A stretch of 64,000 nucleotides of DNA, taken from Octopus vulgaris. Lineage: Eukaryota. The DNA is taken from the NCBI GenBank assembly GCA_951406725.2, contig OX597822.1:87482001-87546000 (forward strand), written 5' to 3'. This document shows positions 40,212 through 53,503 of the stretch, in pieces. Below the pieces are notes generated by a model, which saw nothing but the letters and a program-made list of their open reading frames with translations, was not told where the DNA came from and searched no databases. The position numbers and the translations under genes are program-made. Within the stretch, counting starts at the first letter, position 1. Every line of letters starts with the position of its first letter.

Positions 40212-42696
40212 CTGGAGAGGGGGAGAAAAAAAAGATAAAATAACTTGTCTTTCGCATTTAAAAAAATGGTTGAAACAAAATTTCTTCTGAAGCAAATGAC
40301 CATACATCCAGTTAATATTCTACACCTCACCATTATTACTTTGATATCAGACAAATAAGTAATATACTAAAAGGGAAAAATGCTTCAACCGCACAAACAC
40401 CCAATATAATTTTCTATCCACACTGTTATTTCAAAGCTGTATTAAATGAAAGCTTCTGAACTTTTATTTGATAAGTCAAATCAGAAAGAAATAGCTTCAA
40501 AATTTAACTTAATAAAACAAGCAAAAAAAAAAAAAAAAAAAAAGAAATCTGTATCATTATTTAAATATCAAGATTTATATGAAAAAATATTAAAGTTATT
40601 TTTATTCGAGTCACTAGGGAATTTCTTTTTAATGGAAATACAAAGAATTTATGCACTTCAGAATAGTTAATTTGAAAAATCAAAATCGGGTTTCCTTCAA
40701 GGCACACTGTATATTTGGAGAAAAGATCATGTAGCATGTTGTGGAGATAGTGAAACCCAAAGATTCCAGAATGTCAATATGAAAAGCCTCGCAAAAAAGG
40801 AGTGGGAGGGATGTGTTTTTCAAGCAAGAAACTGGTTTTCAACAAAATAGGTTTTTAGAAATAATTGGTATTTAAGACACACTTTCCTCATCATCATTGC
40901 AAAGTATGCTGTCCTCAAATTTAGGATTGTAAAGATGCGATCTCTAATTTAAAGGTATTAGGGAGTTTGTTGACAAGTTGATTGCTATATTGGAAAATTT
41001 AATAGATTACATTAAAGGTTCCATTTCACTGAATCACTATGTTATTTAGTTCCAGATCAGCTCTGATCAAGTACACCTATTATTAAAGGCCTTTCAGTTG
41101 TAACCAAAGTGCTTTTTCTCATGACATATACTTGATATTACATTATCCAATGTATCCTCCTTTTTTAAGATGGTAGGACATAATTTCTAGCAGGTCAAGT
41201 GAATCCCTCACTAGTTTAATAAATACATAATTTTATCTTTAATGAACATCACATGGTAGGTTAAATTTTGGTGAGCTGGATGCATATTTTGATTTCAAGT
41301 TGGAGTGATTTTGTTTCACTTAACTAATGGAATAATTAATGAGAGGCTTTTAAGGCATAACAGTGTGTACCTTCTATGGCATATCCCTGTTATAGCAAAC
41401 TGAGTTTAGTAATAAATAAGCATTTTCTTTTTTATAAAAAAGAACCTCATTAAGTTTATTCCTATCAATATAGAAGTAGCTTGAAATGGGAGCATTGATA
41501 AGTTAGAAAATTACTATCAACAACAATAAATTCCTACTTGTTGCTAAACTTCCATATAGATGGCAACATTGAAAACTTTAAGGAGTTTATTAAATGCTAG
41601 GTAAGCAATGACTCACAGACCATGCCTGTTGACAATATTCTGAAACCAGTAAATGTTCATTAACCAGTTTGGTAGTAATAAAAAAAAAATGTGTAAAGTA
41701 TCTGGGTTCAGCAATTCAGAAAAGTGTCTTAGATTCTGATAGACTAAACTTGTTGGAAGGTTAGAATATATGATGTTGCCTTTCTGTGATTGCTATTGAA
41801 AACTAAGTTGTGAAAAATATTTTTATAAAATTTTTGTGTAACAAGAAATGAAAGAAAGAAAAGAGAAATAACGCCCAAATTTTGTAATAAATTTACTCCA
41901 GCATTCACTTAGAATTAATCGATTTCTTCAGAATAGGAAGAAATGCTTGAACTAGTTAAGCTTTAAAAGTATATTGTAAACATTTATTGCAGTAGCTAGA
42001 TTTTGGGAACCACAATGAATGAGGAACCACTGAAAACCTTTACACACTGTGTAGCCAGCAAGCAACCAAAGGTTACCTTCACACTCACAAAAAAAGAAAG
42101 GAGCCATCACCAACTGCACCCATATGCAGCATGCAACAAAGTAAGGAACATACCAACTCAACAGCTACAAAAGCTGAAAGAAAAACAATGGATTAGTATG
42201 TTATATCAAAGCTAATGTGATTGTTATCGTTGCCATTTTTCTTGTTGGTGTTATTATTATTATTATTATTATTATTATCATTAATAATAAAAGAAATCAT
42301 CATTATTATTATTACTACTATTATTGTTAATTCTTTTATGTTATAAGAAATTAATATGTATTACTGAATATTAGCCAAAGTTTTAGTAAGAAAGGAATTA
42401 ATTTCATCATGTCGTAGGGTTTTTATGGCGTTTCAAATGTTAGAATATTTACCATCTTTAGTTACCCTTTGTTATTTACCAACAGAAAAAAAGTGTAAAA
42501 AAAAAAGAAAGCACATAAAACAACACACATCATGGAATTAACTTTCTTTTAATTATTTCCTGCTTCTAGATTCCTCATTTTTAGAATAAGTAAAAGGTAT
42601 AAATTTAGTAAAAAATATACTTTTGATAATCAAATTATATCCAACTCAAAATGTTGAGAGCATTACAATAAATTAGAAGAAATACCTGTCTATGAG

Positions 42697-42727
<31 letters not shown>

Positions 42728-42729
<2 letters not shown>

Positions 42730-43130
42730 TTTCTCTTTTTACTTGTTTCAGTCATTTTGACTGCGGCCATGCTGGTGCACTGCCTTTAATCAAGCAACTC
42801 GACCCCGGGACTTATTCTTTGTAAGCCCAGTACTTATTCTATCGGTCTCTTTTGCCGAACCGCTAAGTGACGGGGACATAAACACACCAGCATCGGTTGT
42901 CAAGCAATGCTAGGGGGACAAACACAGACACACAAACATACATGCACATACATATATATACATATATACGATGGGGTTTCTTTCAGTTTCCGTCTACCAA
43001 ATCCACTCACAAGGCTTTGGTCGGCCCGAGGCTATAGTAGAAGACACTTACCCAAGGTGCCACGCAGTGGGACTGAACCCGGAACCATGTGGTTGGTAAA
43101 CAAGCTACTTACCACCAACCCACTCCTGCG

Positions 43131-43133
<3 letters not shown>
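42728..43133 (-). mobile_element. CORE-type SINE, family A, between (TA)n tracts
   Basis: Full-length copy; further full or partial copies at about 6603-6808(-), 21745-22070(+), 29330-30260(+), 43803-44272(-), 50642-50815(+), 55935-56225(-), 60465-60840(-), 61062-61162(-). Confidence 0.9.
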
Positions 43134-43192
<59 letters not shown>

Positions 43193-45489
43193 TATGTTAT
43201 ATTCTGTTAAGAACGTAGAAGAGTCCAGTATTAAGTTCCTCTACCTTCAGATTTACCCTGTGCTATCCAGTAGTAGTAGTAGTATTATACATACTTTCAG
43301 GTTTGCATCGGGGCATCTGTCGTGTGTGAAGAAACAACTGAAAAAATTGGAGCCAACAAGAAGGAGTACGGTTGGACAGTTATTCTTTAATCACTGCAAT
43401 TGTTTCCATGCAACATAGAAGTTCAAAATCCCCGGCTTCAAGAACATCCCCTCTGTCTGTTGTGATCTGAGTTTAGTACTAGTCACTGAGATTATCAGGG
43501 TGTGTTGTTGCTGAAGGGCCGTTGGCAAACCGCTTTGAATGTGAAGATGTAGTGGGATGGTGATTCTGCTACTGTTAAAGTGGTGGCCATTTTAAAGGGA
43601 TTGGCATTTGATTTCTTTGTACTGTTGATTTGTTCTTCAGGATTGGTTACACATGCGATTGTCCTGAGCTGAGCTTCAAGATTCCACCTATACTTGCAGA
43701 TACATGTTGGTTCACATATACTTCCATGTATGTACAAACGCTTGGACACACAAACACACACATATTTTTTAAAATTAAATATAAATATATGAAAATATAT
43801 TCATTTTATTCTTTTGTTTCAGTTATTTGAATGCGGCCATGCTGGGGTACTGCCTTTAGTCGAACAAATCGACCCCAGGACTTATTCTTTGTAAGCCTAG
43901 TACTTATTCTATTGTTCTCTTTTGCTGAAATGCTAAGTTACGGGGACGTAGACACACCAACATCGGTTTTCAAGCAATGGTGGGAGGGGGGACAAACACA
44001 CACACACACACACACATATACGACGGGCTTCTTTTGGACTGGCTCCCATAAAAAGCACTAACCGATTGTGACTGATGCCAGTACCCTGACTGGCTCCATG
44101 CCAGCATGGAAAACAGACGTTAATTGATGATGATAATAAATCCACTGACAAGGCTTTGGTTGACCTGAGGCTACAGTAGAAGATACTTGCCCAAGGTGTC
44201 ACGTAGTAGGACTGAACCCAGAATCATGTGGTTGGTAAGCAAGCTACTTACCACACAGCCACTCCTACACCTATATATATATATATATATATACATACAT
44301 ACACACACACACACTTTTTCAAGTAAATGAATAAATATATATATATATATTTAAGTATATAATAGCCTGTGCCAGTGGCACATAAAAAGTTTCCACTTGG
44401 GATGGTTGGCATTAGGAAGGGCATCCAGCTATAGATACCTCGCCAAATCAGATTGGAGCCTAGTGCAGCCTCCCAGCTTGCCAGTCCTCAGTCAAACTGT
44501 CCAACCCATGCCAGCATGGAAAGCAGATGTTAAACGATGACGATGATGGTAATTATAAATATATAATTATAATTAAAGGCACTGGAGGGACAATGCCTTG
44601 TTCCAAAAGGAGAACATATTTAGAGTGGTTTGTAAACATTTGACATTTGTTTCTAGCATATTGGCACTGTCCCTCCAGCGCCCTTAATTATTATTATTAT
44701 ATATTTATAATTATATACTTAAATATTAATTTTACTGATATGGTGGTTACAATACGCTGGCCACTGATTAAATCATTTTAATGATTACATCCTCAATTTA
44801 TACACATATATAAATATCTACTCAAATGAATAATAACATACAATGGATAATTGCCAGTTCATTACAGCTGTTTCTTACAGCTTTAATAGAAGAATGAGAA
44901 CATTACTCCATTACAAAAGACCCTAATCATCAAATGAGAAGTAATTTTATAAAACAAAAGAATATCCCAAGAATACAGCCAGGATGTGGCTAGAGTCTGT
45001 CGAGGCCAACTATGAAATGTTGGCCTTTTAGGTTAAGAATGTAGTTCTTGAAAGCGTGTAATATGATATCTAAGGTCAGCGATCCCATTAAGAAGTCTGC
45101 TAGACTATATAGTGGAGTGGGTGTAGGAGATAATATATTATAGTGGGCTTAGAGCAGTGGGGAGTAAGGAGAAGTCCTAAAACAATTAAGGATAAAGTGA
45201 AAAAAGAAATGATAAATAAATAAAGGGTGAAGGAAAAATAAAATATAAAAACATAGAAGCCAATCATGGATAGCCCCCCCCCCCCCGGGTATAGGAATCT
45301 CTTGCTAATGGTAAATGATTGAGAGAGGGAGACAGAGATAAACAGAAAATTTAGGGGTATTCAGTGGATATCTGTTGAAAGTAGGCGTGGGGGGGGGGGG
45401 GCGTACAAAGGCCATCAAATAAGATCTAACTTTTAAGGAATTGAATTTATAGTAAAGTAGAGAATATATATATATATATATATAGACCT

Positions 45490-45800
45490 CTACAAGACCA
45501 AAGCTCTCTATCAACTTCAAGACACCTCCTACTACTGCCCTCTGCCCTCCAACCCCATGCCTAGTACCAACAGATGGTGTCCTCTACTGTCCATGACCTC
45601 ATCTCCTCTTCCCATCTCCCCCACCACCCCTTCCTCATTGTCCGCACCCCCACAATTTACTTCCTCCCCACAAATTCGCAAACCTAACAACCCTAGCCAC
45701 CCCATCATCTCTGCCTGCAACTGCCCCAAACTAGTGGCTTTCCTCCCCTCTCACATCCATGACACTAACCTTGCTCTTCATCTGTTCAACTCTTTCTAAC
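45490..45800 (+). mobile_element. Penelope-like reverse transcriptase fragment
   Basis: PQIRKPNNPSHPIISACNCP resembles the PLE RT motif PKIHKPxxPGRPIIS. Confidence 0.7.
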
Positions 45801-46234
45801 CCCTGTACACAAGGGGACACTGAACCCCGCCCCCCGGAAAATCCTTTGCGGAAGGGTGTTGCGATTTTACTGCGAGATGTATGTGGACATTGACTGCCAA
45901 AAAGGCAAATGTGCAAGCATATATGCAAATAAAATTGGTACGTTAATGTCATAAATGTGTAAATATGCACAAAAATAAGCAAAGATTCTTGATGTTAAAA
46001 TATTCCATTGTGATTAGGACCAGAAAGAAATAATTAGCTTGAAAAGTTAATTGTTTGAAGAAAGATAGAAAGAGAAGAAAGTACGTATTTAACAACTTTA
46101 CAATTTTTGTAAAATGGACAACTGTCTAAAGGGCTGTTGGAATATCTCAAAGATTTAGACTGAAAAGGATGGATGAATTACATAGAAACAAACAAAGTGT
46201 ACAGAAATAATTCATTAACTGTTATAGTACTTAC

Positions 46235-46299
46235 TCAGGGTTAGGTGAAGAGATAATTAACTCCTTTGCTTTCCTCTCCTCATCTTCACGTTTTCTTTC
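46235..46299 (-). CDS. SPTBN5: Beta-heavy spectrin exon, linker
   Basis: 65 nt, phase 0/2, poly-T tract plus cccag acceptor, gtaagt donor; ERKREDEERKAKELIISSPNP. Confidence 0.88.
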
Positions 46300-47099
46300 C
46301 TGGGAAAAAAAAACAATTTAAATCATCAATTTTTCCCCATTCTGCTAAAATGTTGTAAAGGCCTGTATTGTAACAACTTCCTTTGTAGAACTTTAATTAC
46401 TGTTAGGGTTTTAAAGACTAATTGTCCTTTATAGAGCAAACCAAAACTATGTTTATCTGAGTAGTAGTATTACAGAATTTACAGTTTTAGATATAGGGCC
46501 TTCTTCATTAAATCTCAACTAAATTAAAAGATTAACATGAACAGATTTCAGACATAAAATTATGTCTATCATCAGAATGAGTTTTTAATGACATAAAATT
46601 AAGATACTGAAGGAACACCAGCAGAAAGATCAGATCACCAGTATATAGATACTTTTTAGTCATGCAACTACACTAATTGGATCATATAGTGAAAAGACAT
46701 CTAATTTCAAAGATAAAGTCATTCAAGGAAAAATACAGATATCCATAAGATATCTCACTGCATAGATGGTCTGGTGAGTGATATGTCTTTAAAATTATCA
46801 TCTGTTCTATCAGTATATTTAAAAACATGAAATACTTAATGAATAAGAATCAATTGCTGAATGGTATAAAAGAAAATAGAACAATTTTATTGCCTATCCT
46901 TTCAAATAGGGAATAAGCTCAAAAAAATAAAAGATTCTGGCTTTGTAATATTTAGTTCCACTCTGGTAGGATTTGAAGTCAAAACATCAGAGATGCTTTT
47001 CAACATTTCAGTACTGATAAAATAAATACCATATTATAGTATGGTACCAATTAAATTCACTGTATTTCACTCCAACAAAAGTTGAAAGTAAGAGGTGAA

Positions 47100-47545
47100 A
47101 CTTTTTTCTATGAGGTGGAAAGTGTGCCAGAATAATGCTTGTCATTATGGCTGTGTTTTAGGAGGAATGGATAAAAAAAGAAAGGTGGAAAGCTCATTTG
47201 TCATTATGGCTGTTTTAGGATGAATGGATAAAAAAAAGAAAAGGTAGAAAGTGTGAAAAGTCTGGCTGCATCCGAAAAAATATATATTATGAAACAAAAG
47301 TAAACAAAATTTATTACATGAATCTGTTACCACCACGACAGTCAACTATTTGACGCCGAACACGAGTTTGATGTTGAATACATCCACGAATTTTCCGCTC
47401 AGATAGTTCTTCCCAAGACTGCAAGATGGCTTCGTGCAATTCATGCCTCGTTGTAGGGCTTTTCAGTTCAACTTTATTGGCCAAAACTTTGAAAATGCCT
47501 TCATCTAATGGGTTTAAATCCGGGCTTTGAGGCGGTTGCCTCACT
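47100..47545 (-). mobile_element. Tc1/mariner transposase C-terminal fragment with subterminal direct repeats
   Basis: PPQSPDLNPLD motif; approx. 58-bp direct repeats ttgtcattatggctg...ggataaaaaaa at 47139-47250. Confidence 0.8.
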
Positions 47546-47949
47546 GAATAAATATTAATTAACTGTGTTGTCAATTGTATGCACCTGACATATGCTAACG
47601 TGTATGCAGTCAGACTTTTCACACAGGATATATGTCTACCTTATCAGAAACCTATTTTGTTAAAGAATTTTGACTAAAATTCTTCTGATGTTCATGAATA
47701 AATGTAACTTATGCTACAAACAATGGAATATTATGACTTAAGTGTGGGTCAAACAAAGTACAACTTAAATAGGAACTTTATCATTTCTTCAACCATTTTT
47801 CCATTTTTGAAGACTGCAAAACAGAAACACAAGAGAGAAAACTAGACTTTTGATAAGAGGATCACACTGACCAAACAGGTCTATTAGATTGTAGATTTCA
47901 TGTTCTTAGTCAGACATTAACATCATCTTCATGACAAACAAACTCAATA

Positions 47950-48322
47950 TCATCATCATCATTGTTCGACCGTAGTCGAGACAATGGAATTTACCATGCT
48001 ACGCCAGACTTCATGGTCCATCAGAGCATTACGGAGGTCCTGTTGCTGGATGCCTGTATCCCTGGAGATTACATCAGAGTAGGAGAGTGTGCGCCCTCTG
48101 GTATTGCGAGTAGATGGCTTCCAGAGGAGAAGAGTAGAAATTGCCTCGTTTTCAGCTCTACAACAAGGTCCAGCAAACTGGACTCTCCTATCTTTCACAA
48201 GAGATGCCACAAGTGGTAGTTTCCCATATATTTGCAGTTTGGTTGGATGACGCTTCCACGAGAGATTTTGAGCTCTCATAAGGAGGCGAGTGTAGGTTCC
48301 ATCCAACCGCCTCTCAAGCTTC
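47950..48322 (-). mobile_element. 5'-truncated RTE/RTEX-like LINE with (GAT)n tail
   Basis: DGTYTRLLMRAQNLSWKRHPT..IYGKLP..RRVQFAG ending at a stop, followed by TGATGATGAT. Confidence 0.85.
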
Positions 48323-48982
48323 TTTTAGAAAGTAAAGGTAAAATGTGTATCAGTGTTTTCGAGATCAATGTTATGATGTATTTAATCACAAAGCAGTTAT
48401 ATTCCTTTCATATGGTACGGTGCTAGTTGTGGCAGCTGATGATATATCTCTGAAATTGCTTAAAGGATACTATATTCTCTGGAACAATCTCAAACTTGCA
48501 ACAGCTTAATCAGTTTAAATTATAATAATAATATTATTTATATATCTTTGTAAGTTAATTAAAAAAAACAAAACAAAAAAAACCTGAAAACAAAATTTTG
48601 AAACCCAAAGTATTTTTCTTTTACTGACCTCTAAGATTCGTTCTTGTTCCTTCCGTCGAATTTCATTGAGTCGATCCTTATCTTTTCGGTTTTCTGATTG
48701 CATTTGATCCTGTTGTTCTTTTAAGTGCTTCTCAGCCATAGCATCTTCAATCTATAATGACAAAAATTTTAAACCTTATCTTACATTTTAGAAAGTAAAG
48801 GTAAAATGTGTATCAGTGTTTTCGAGATCAATGTTATGATGTATTTAATCACAAAGCAGTTATATTCCTTTCATATGGTACGGTGCTAGTTGTGGCAGCT
48901 GATGATATATCTCTGAAATTGCTTAAAGGATACTATATTCTCTGGAACAATCTCAAACTTGCAACAGCTTAATCAGTTTAAA
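48323..48982. repeat. Two identical 197-bp direct repeats (48323-48519 and 48786-48982) bracketing an exon
   Basis: ttttagaaagtaaaggt...cttaatcagtttaaa reads identically in both copies. Confidence 0.95.
48629..48751 (-). CDS. SPTBN5: Beta-heavy spectrin exon, charged helical linker
   Basis: 123 nt, gtcagt donor; IEDAMAEKHLKEQQDQMQSENRKDKDRLNEIRRKEQERILE. Confidence 0.9.
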
Positions 48983-49149
48983 AGTTATCAATTACTGAAT
49001 CAAAATAAACAAAATAGCTAGGTCAAACAAATTTAACATTGCAACAAAGTCTCCTCAATGTGGTAAGTTTAAGCTAAGACTGGAGAGATTCAAGTATTTC
49101 ATAAAAACTATCAACCCTGACCTTAAACCTAAGACGGTACAACTTTTGT

Positions 49150-49420
49150 TAATAGATAGATAGATAGAGAGAGAATGATAGAGAGATAGACAGACAGATA
49201 GATAGATAGATAGAATGATGGATAGATAGAGAGAATGATGGATAGGTAGATAGAGAGATAGCTAGACAGAATGGTAAATAGAGAGAGAGAGAATGATATA
49301 TAGATAGATAGAAGGAATGATAGACAATGGTAAATAAATGGAGAGAATGATAGATAGATAGGTAGACAGAATGGTAAATAGATATATAGATAGATAGAGA
49401 GAATGATAGACAGATAGTAA
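49150..49420. repeat. (GATA)/(GA) compound microsatellite
   Basis: Direct inspection. Confidence 0.9.
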
Positions 49421-49979
49421 AGGTAGTACTAGGAGTAGTATTGTGGGTCCATGAACTAAATTCAGAATTTCATATATATATATATAAGGATAAGCATATT
49501 AAAAGGGGGCCATGAGAAAACTCATTTAAATAAAGGGGTTGGGAACCACTGTCCTAGAAGATCAACAGTTGGGATCACCAAGCTTTATCAAGAGAGTAAC
49601 TGCAACACATCCACAGGAGCAGCCTCCATGGTTGTGTAATCAGCTAATGAAAGATTCATTATGACTCAAGCTCCAAATTCAAATTCATAATAATAGAATT
49701 GAATGGCAACATAGAGCCATGGGAATCTGTGTAAACAGTACAAGATGATGATGGTTTTTATCACTCTCAAATTTATAACAGACAGATACCAGTTTTCAAT
49801 ATTACAGATCATACAAATAAATCATACTGGAATTCTTATGCTACATCCTTCAGAAAATGCTGTTAATATGAAGATTGATAAAATTAATAGAAACACTGAG
49901 TAAACGATAATAGTTTTTAAACTATGATAAAAAAAGGAAGAAGAAAAAGTAATAATGTTATGAAGGCAGAGTATCAAAC

Positions 49980-50162
49980 CTTGATCTTTTTAAGGAGTGC
50001 ATTATATTTTTCTTCCTGTGCAGCAACAGTTTTTTCAAAATCTTCATGTTTTCGGATTAGTTCTTCTACTTCTTCAATAGAATCGCCAAATTTCTGATCT
50101 TTCACAGTCTGGTCTCTTACTGCTATCCAGCTTTCAAACTGCTCCATTTCTTTACGGAATTT
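49980..50162 (-). CDS. SPTBN5: Beta-heavy spectrin exon, final partial repeat (tetramerisation site)
   Basis: 183 nt; KFRKEMEQFESWIAVRDQTVKDQKFGDSIEEVEELIRKHEDFEKTVAAQEEKYNALLKKIK, with the GDSIEEVEELIRKHEDFEK motif typical of the last beta-spectrin repeat. Confidence 0.95.
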
Positions 50163-50803
50163 CTAAAAGAAAGTTTACAATGAAATTAAGAATAAAAATG
50201 TACTATTTTGATATGATATAAATGGAAACTAGGAAACCTGAAAATTCAAAAACATTCCATATATTGTTACAGTGCCTTTGTGACCATCTCTCTCTCTCTC
50301 TCTCTCCACACACACCTATATACATATGATGGGTACACAGGCATGTGTTTATGTGTATTTGTTTATTTTACATTTGTTTTTCATTCTACAATGGCAGTAG
50401 ATTTGATGAATATGCTACTGAGGCAGCGTTCTATAGCCAGATGCTTTTCGTGACCCTAACCCTATCCTGCTTTTTAAGGAAGGAATTTATTCCTATTCAT
50501 TCATTTATTTGTTTCAAGGTATGAAGCAAGTTGATGATTTATTGATAGAAATGCTAATGACAATATCACTCAAGTGCAAGGATTTGCATACAAGTGACAG
50601 TTGAAAAGAACTCACACACACAAACTATATATATATATGCACGCACAGGAGTGGCTGTGTGATAAGAAGCTTGCTTCCCAACCATATGGTTCCGGGTTCA
50701 GTTCCATTGCATGGCACCTTGGGCAAGTGTCTTCTACTATAGCCTGGGCCAACCAAAGCTTAGAGAGTGGATATGGTAGATAGAAACTGAAAGAAGCCCA
50801 TCA

Positions 50804-50867
<64 letters not shown>

Positions 50868-50999
50868 CTATTAAATTAAGATAAAACCACTATTAGGCAA
50901 ATCAAACAGTGAAAAACATAAACCAAAACATAAAAATAAAAAATAAAAATAATTAATATAATATACAAAATATATAAAATACAAAATTTAAAATTATTA

Positions 51000-51084
<85 letters not shown>

Positions 51085-51108
51085 AATAAGAAAATGGAGG
51101 GGATCAAT

Positions 51109-51421
51109 AGTTGGTTCATCAATTTTTAGACATTATATTATGTCAACTTATTTACTAAAATTACAATTACAAGAATATACATACATGTATAACATATTAT
51201 GCTTTACATATAAGATATATTAATATATAAAGATAACAGTAATTATGTAATTATCAAAATATAACATACAGGAATATAATTACTGGTATCTTTATATACT
51301 AATATATTTTATATGTAAAGCATAATATGTTATACATGTATGTATATTCTTGTAATTGTCAGTTTAGTAAATATATAAATAAGTTGACATAATATAATGT
51401 CTAAAAATTGATGAACCAACT
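51109..51421. repeat. Long inverted repeat (hairpin)
   Basis: agttggttcatcaatttttagac... pairs with ...gtctaaaaattgatgaaccaact; arms about 135-140 bp, loop about 30 nt. Confidence 0.92.
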
Positions 51422-51985
51422 GACATTACACATCTAGCAGAGCATGAATAGAAAATCTGTTTGCTGATAATTTTTTTTTTTTTACTGCCAGATGCCTTGT
51501 TCTCAGACAATATAATTATTGTAGTTACATTTGAGCTCATGTATATGAGCATACAGACAGCAATGGTGCAAACATATCTCTCGTAAAACTGCTAACTAGA
51601 AAGTATTATGGTTTCTCCATGATAAGAAGTTAATATTTGTGCTGGAGTAGAAGCTAAATTAGCTCATTTCTATCACTGAAATGTTTTTATGTTGACAGCC
51701 TCAGAAATTAAATCAATCATTCAATAAAATGCAAAAGTTTTTATATTCAAGAGTCATGTTATTATTTGCAATACAGTACTAACAAACTGCTGCAATCAAG
51801 TGTAATATAAGTTTTGCATATTTAAATGACTTGGAGGTTTGGATTAGGAAAAATGTTGTCAAACCGACAACTATTATGATTCTCCTCAGTTTGAGAGGTC
51901 TGTAAAGGTCATTAGCACTGATGTTACTAACCAATGAAATAAAAAAAAAAGGGAAAATAATGTTAAATGAGATTAATTGACGTAC

Positions 51986-52084
51986 CTGAGCTTCAAGATT
52001 GTATTCATGAACCTTTTTGTGTTCCTTCCAATTCTGTAAAAGTGTCTCATAAGCTTCGGTGAGGGTGTCGATTTTTTGTTGGAT
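51986..52084 (-). CDS. SPTBN5: Beta-heavy spectrin exon
   Basis: 99 nt; IQQKIDTLTEAYETLLQNWKEHKKVHEYNLEAQ (helix C). Confidence 0.93.
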
Positions 52085-53313
52085 CTACAGAAAACAGAAA
52101 CAATGCAGGATTCTAGTAATAGTCAGAACAGATATATCAATATAAACCATTTAAACTACCTCCCACCACAAAAAAAAAAGTCTGCTTTGGAAGATGAAAT
52201 CTCATGAACTGAGTTTAAATACTCAAAGGAGAAGAGAACTGGACCAAATGATAATCCTATCACCTATCAAACACATTAAGTAATGGGACCCTGCACACCT
52301 AAAGCTAAGATAAACAGGACACAGAAAGAAGATCACAAATGTATTGCTAATTGAACAATATCACATGATCATGTGATCAACCAGACTATTGGATGCTGTT
52401 ATACATTGTTGGTCACAATGCATTTTGCATTGTTTCCGCATTTAAATGATGCCACTCCACTGCCTGGACAAGCAGGCCAAATTCTGCTTTCCACAAATTG
52501 AATAATATAATTCTACTAAATACAACCAATAAGATCTACAAGTAGACCAATAATTGAGTGATAAAAAATGTTAGTTCAGAATGTTCAAGTGTATATTCCA
52601 TTGGATAGTACTGCTGGTAGATTGTCCACTTTCCATTTTATAAAATGTTGTAAAATGGTATCAGTGGCGATTTTCAGGAGATATGCTGAGCCATGATGAG
52701 GATGCACTGAACAGTTTGTACCCCAAACTATTATGAGTAATTTCTAAAAGTCTTCAACCTGACAGTGTCACCAGAAGATGCTGACAGTTCATGATAAGCT
52801 CCACAAGCAAACATGATATTTCTGTCAGTCAGATATACCTGAAAGTGAATAGAGAACAATTGAATAAATGTCTCTAAATACACTGATTTTGTGTCTACTA
52901 ATTGTTGATCTGTAGAATTAAGTGGTTATTATCATAGAACAAAGCTGGTTGATAGTAAAGTCCATTGAGAGGATTATACCACTAACTTGCTTTAGCAAAG
53001 AGGGGAAAGGCCATCAGCCTCATCCTGGTAAGTACAATGAGATATTAGGAAGACTTTCTCTATCAACATTTCTCTGTATTACTGGATATAGAAATTGAGG
53101 GGAAAAGAGAAAAATAATGTCAACAAACAAAGTTTATAAAAAGTGGAGGAGAGTAATAAACTTGGTGCAAAGGAAACAATCAAGACTTTAGTTGCACCAG
53201 TTGGCAGGAATTGAAAGAGAACATACACTCAGAATGAAGAATGGTTGGGGATTTTATGGTATGGCAATCCCAGTGGTGGTTGCTTTATAAATAAATTAAA
53301 ATGTGAAATATAC

Positions 53314-53503
53314 CTCTTCTGATAAGAAATGCCCATTTTCTATTAAACCTTGGCCAATTTGATTAAATTTAGTCATTGGTTCCTTTCTGCTGTCTATTTC
53401 AGCTTTTATCTCTTTAAATCTATTCAGAGAAGCTTCAGCACCAGCAATATCTTTAGCCAGGTCTTCAGCTGAAATCAATGAAAGCATTTCATTGATCCAC
53501 GTT
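53314..53503 (-). CDS. SPTBN5: Beta-heavy spectrin exon
   Basis: 190 nt, phase 2/0, matches the previous exon; TWINEMLSLISAEDLAKDIAGAEASLNRFKEIKAEIDSRKEPMTKFNQIGQGLIENGHFLSEE. Confidence 0.95.

Noticed and set aside
43669-43683. 15-nt identity (NLEAQ) with exon sequence at 51986-52000
   Set aside because: One or two 15-mer matches are expected by chance in 64 kb; similarity does not extend
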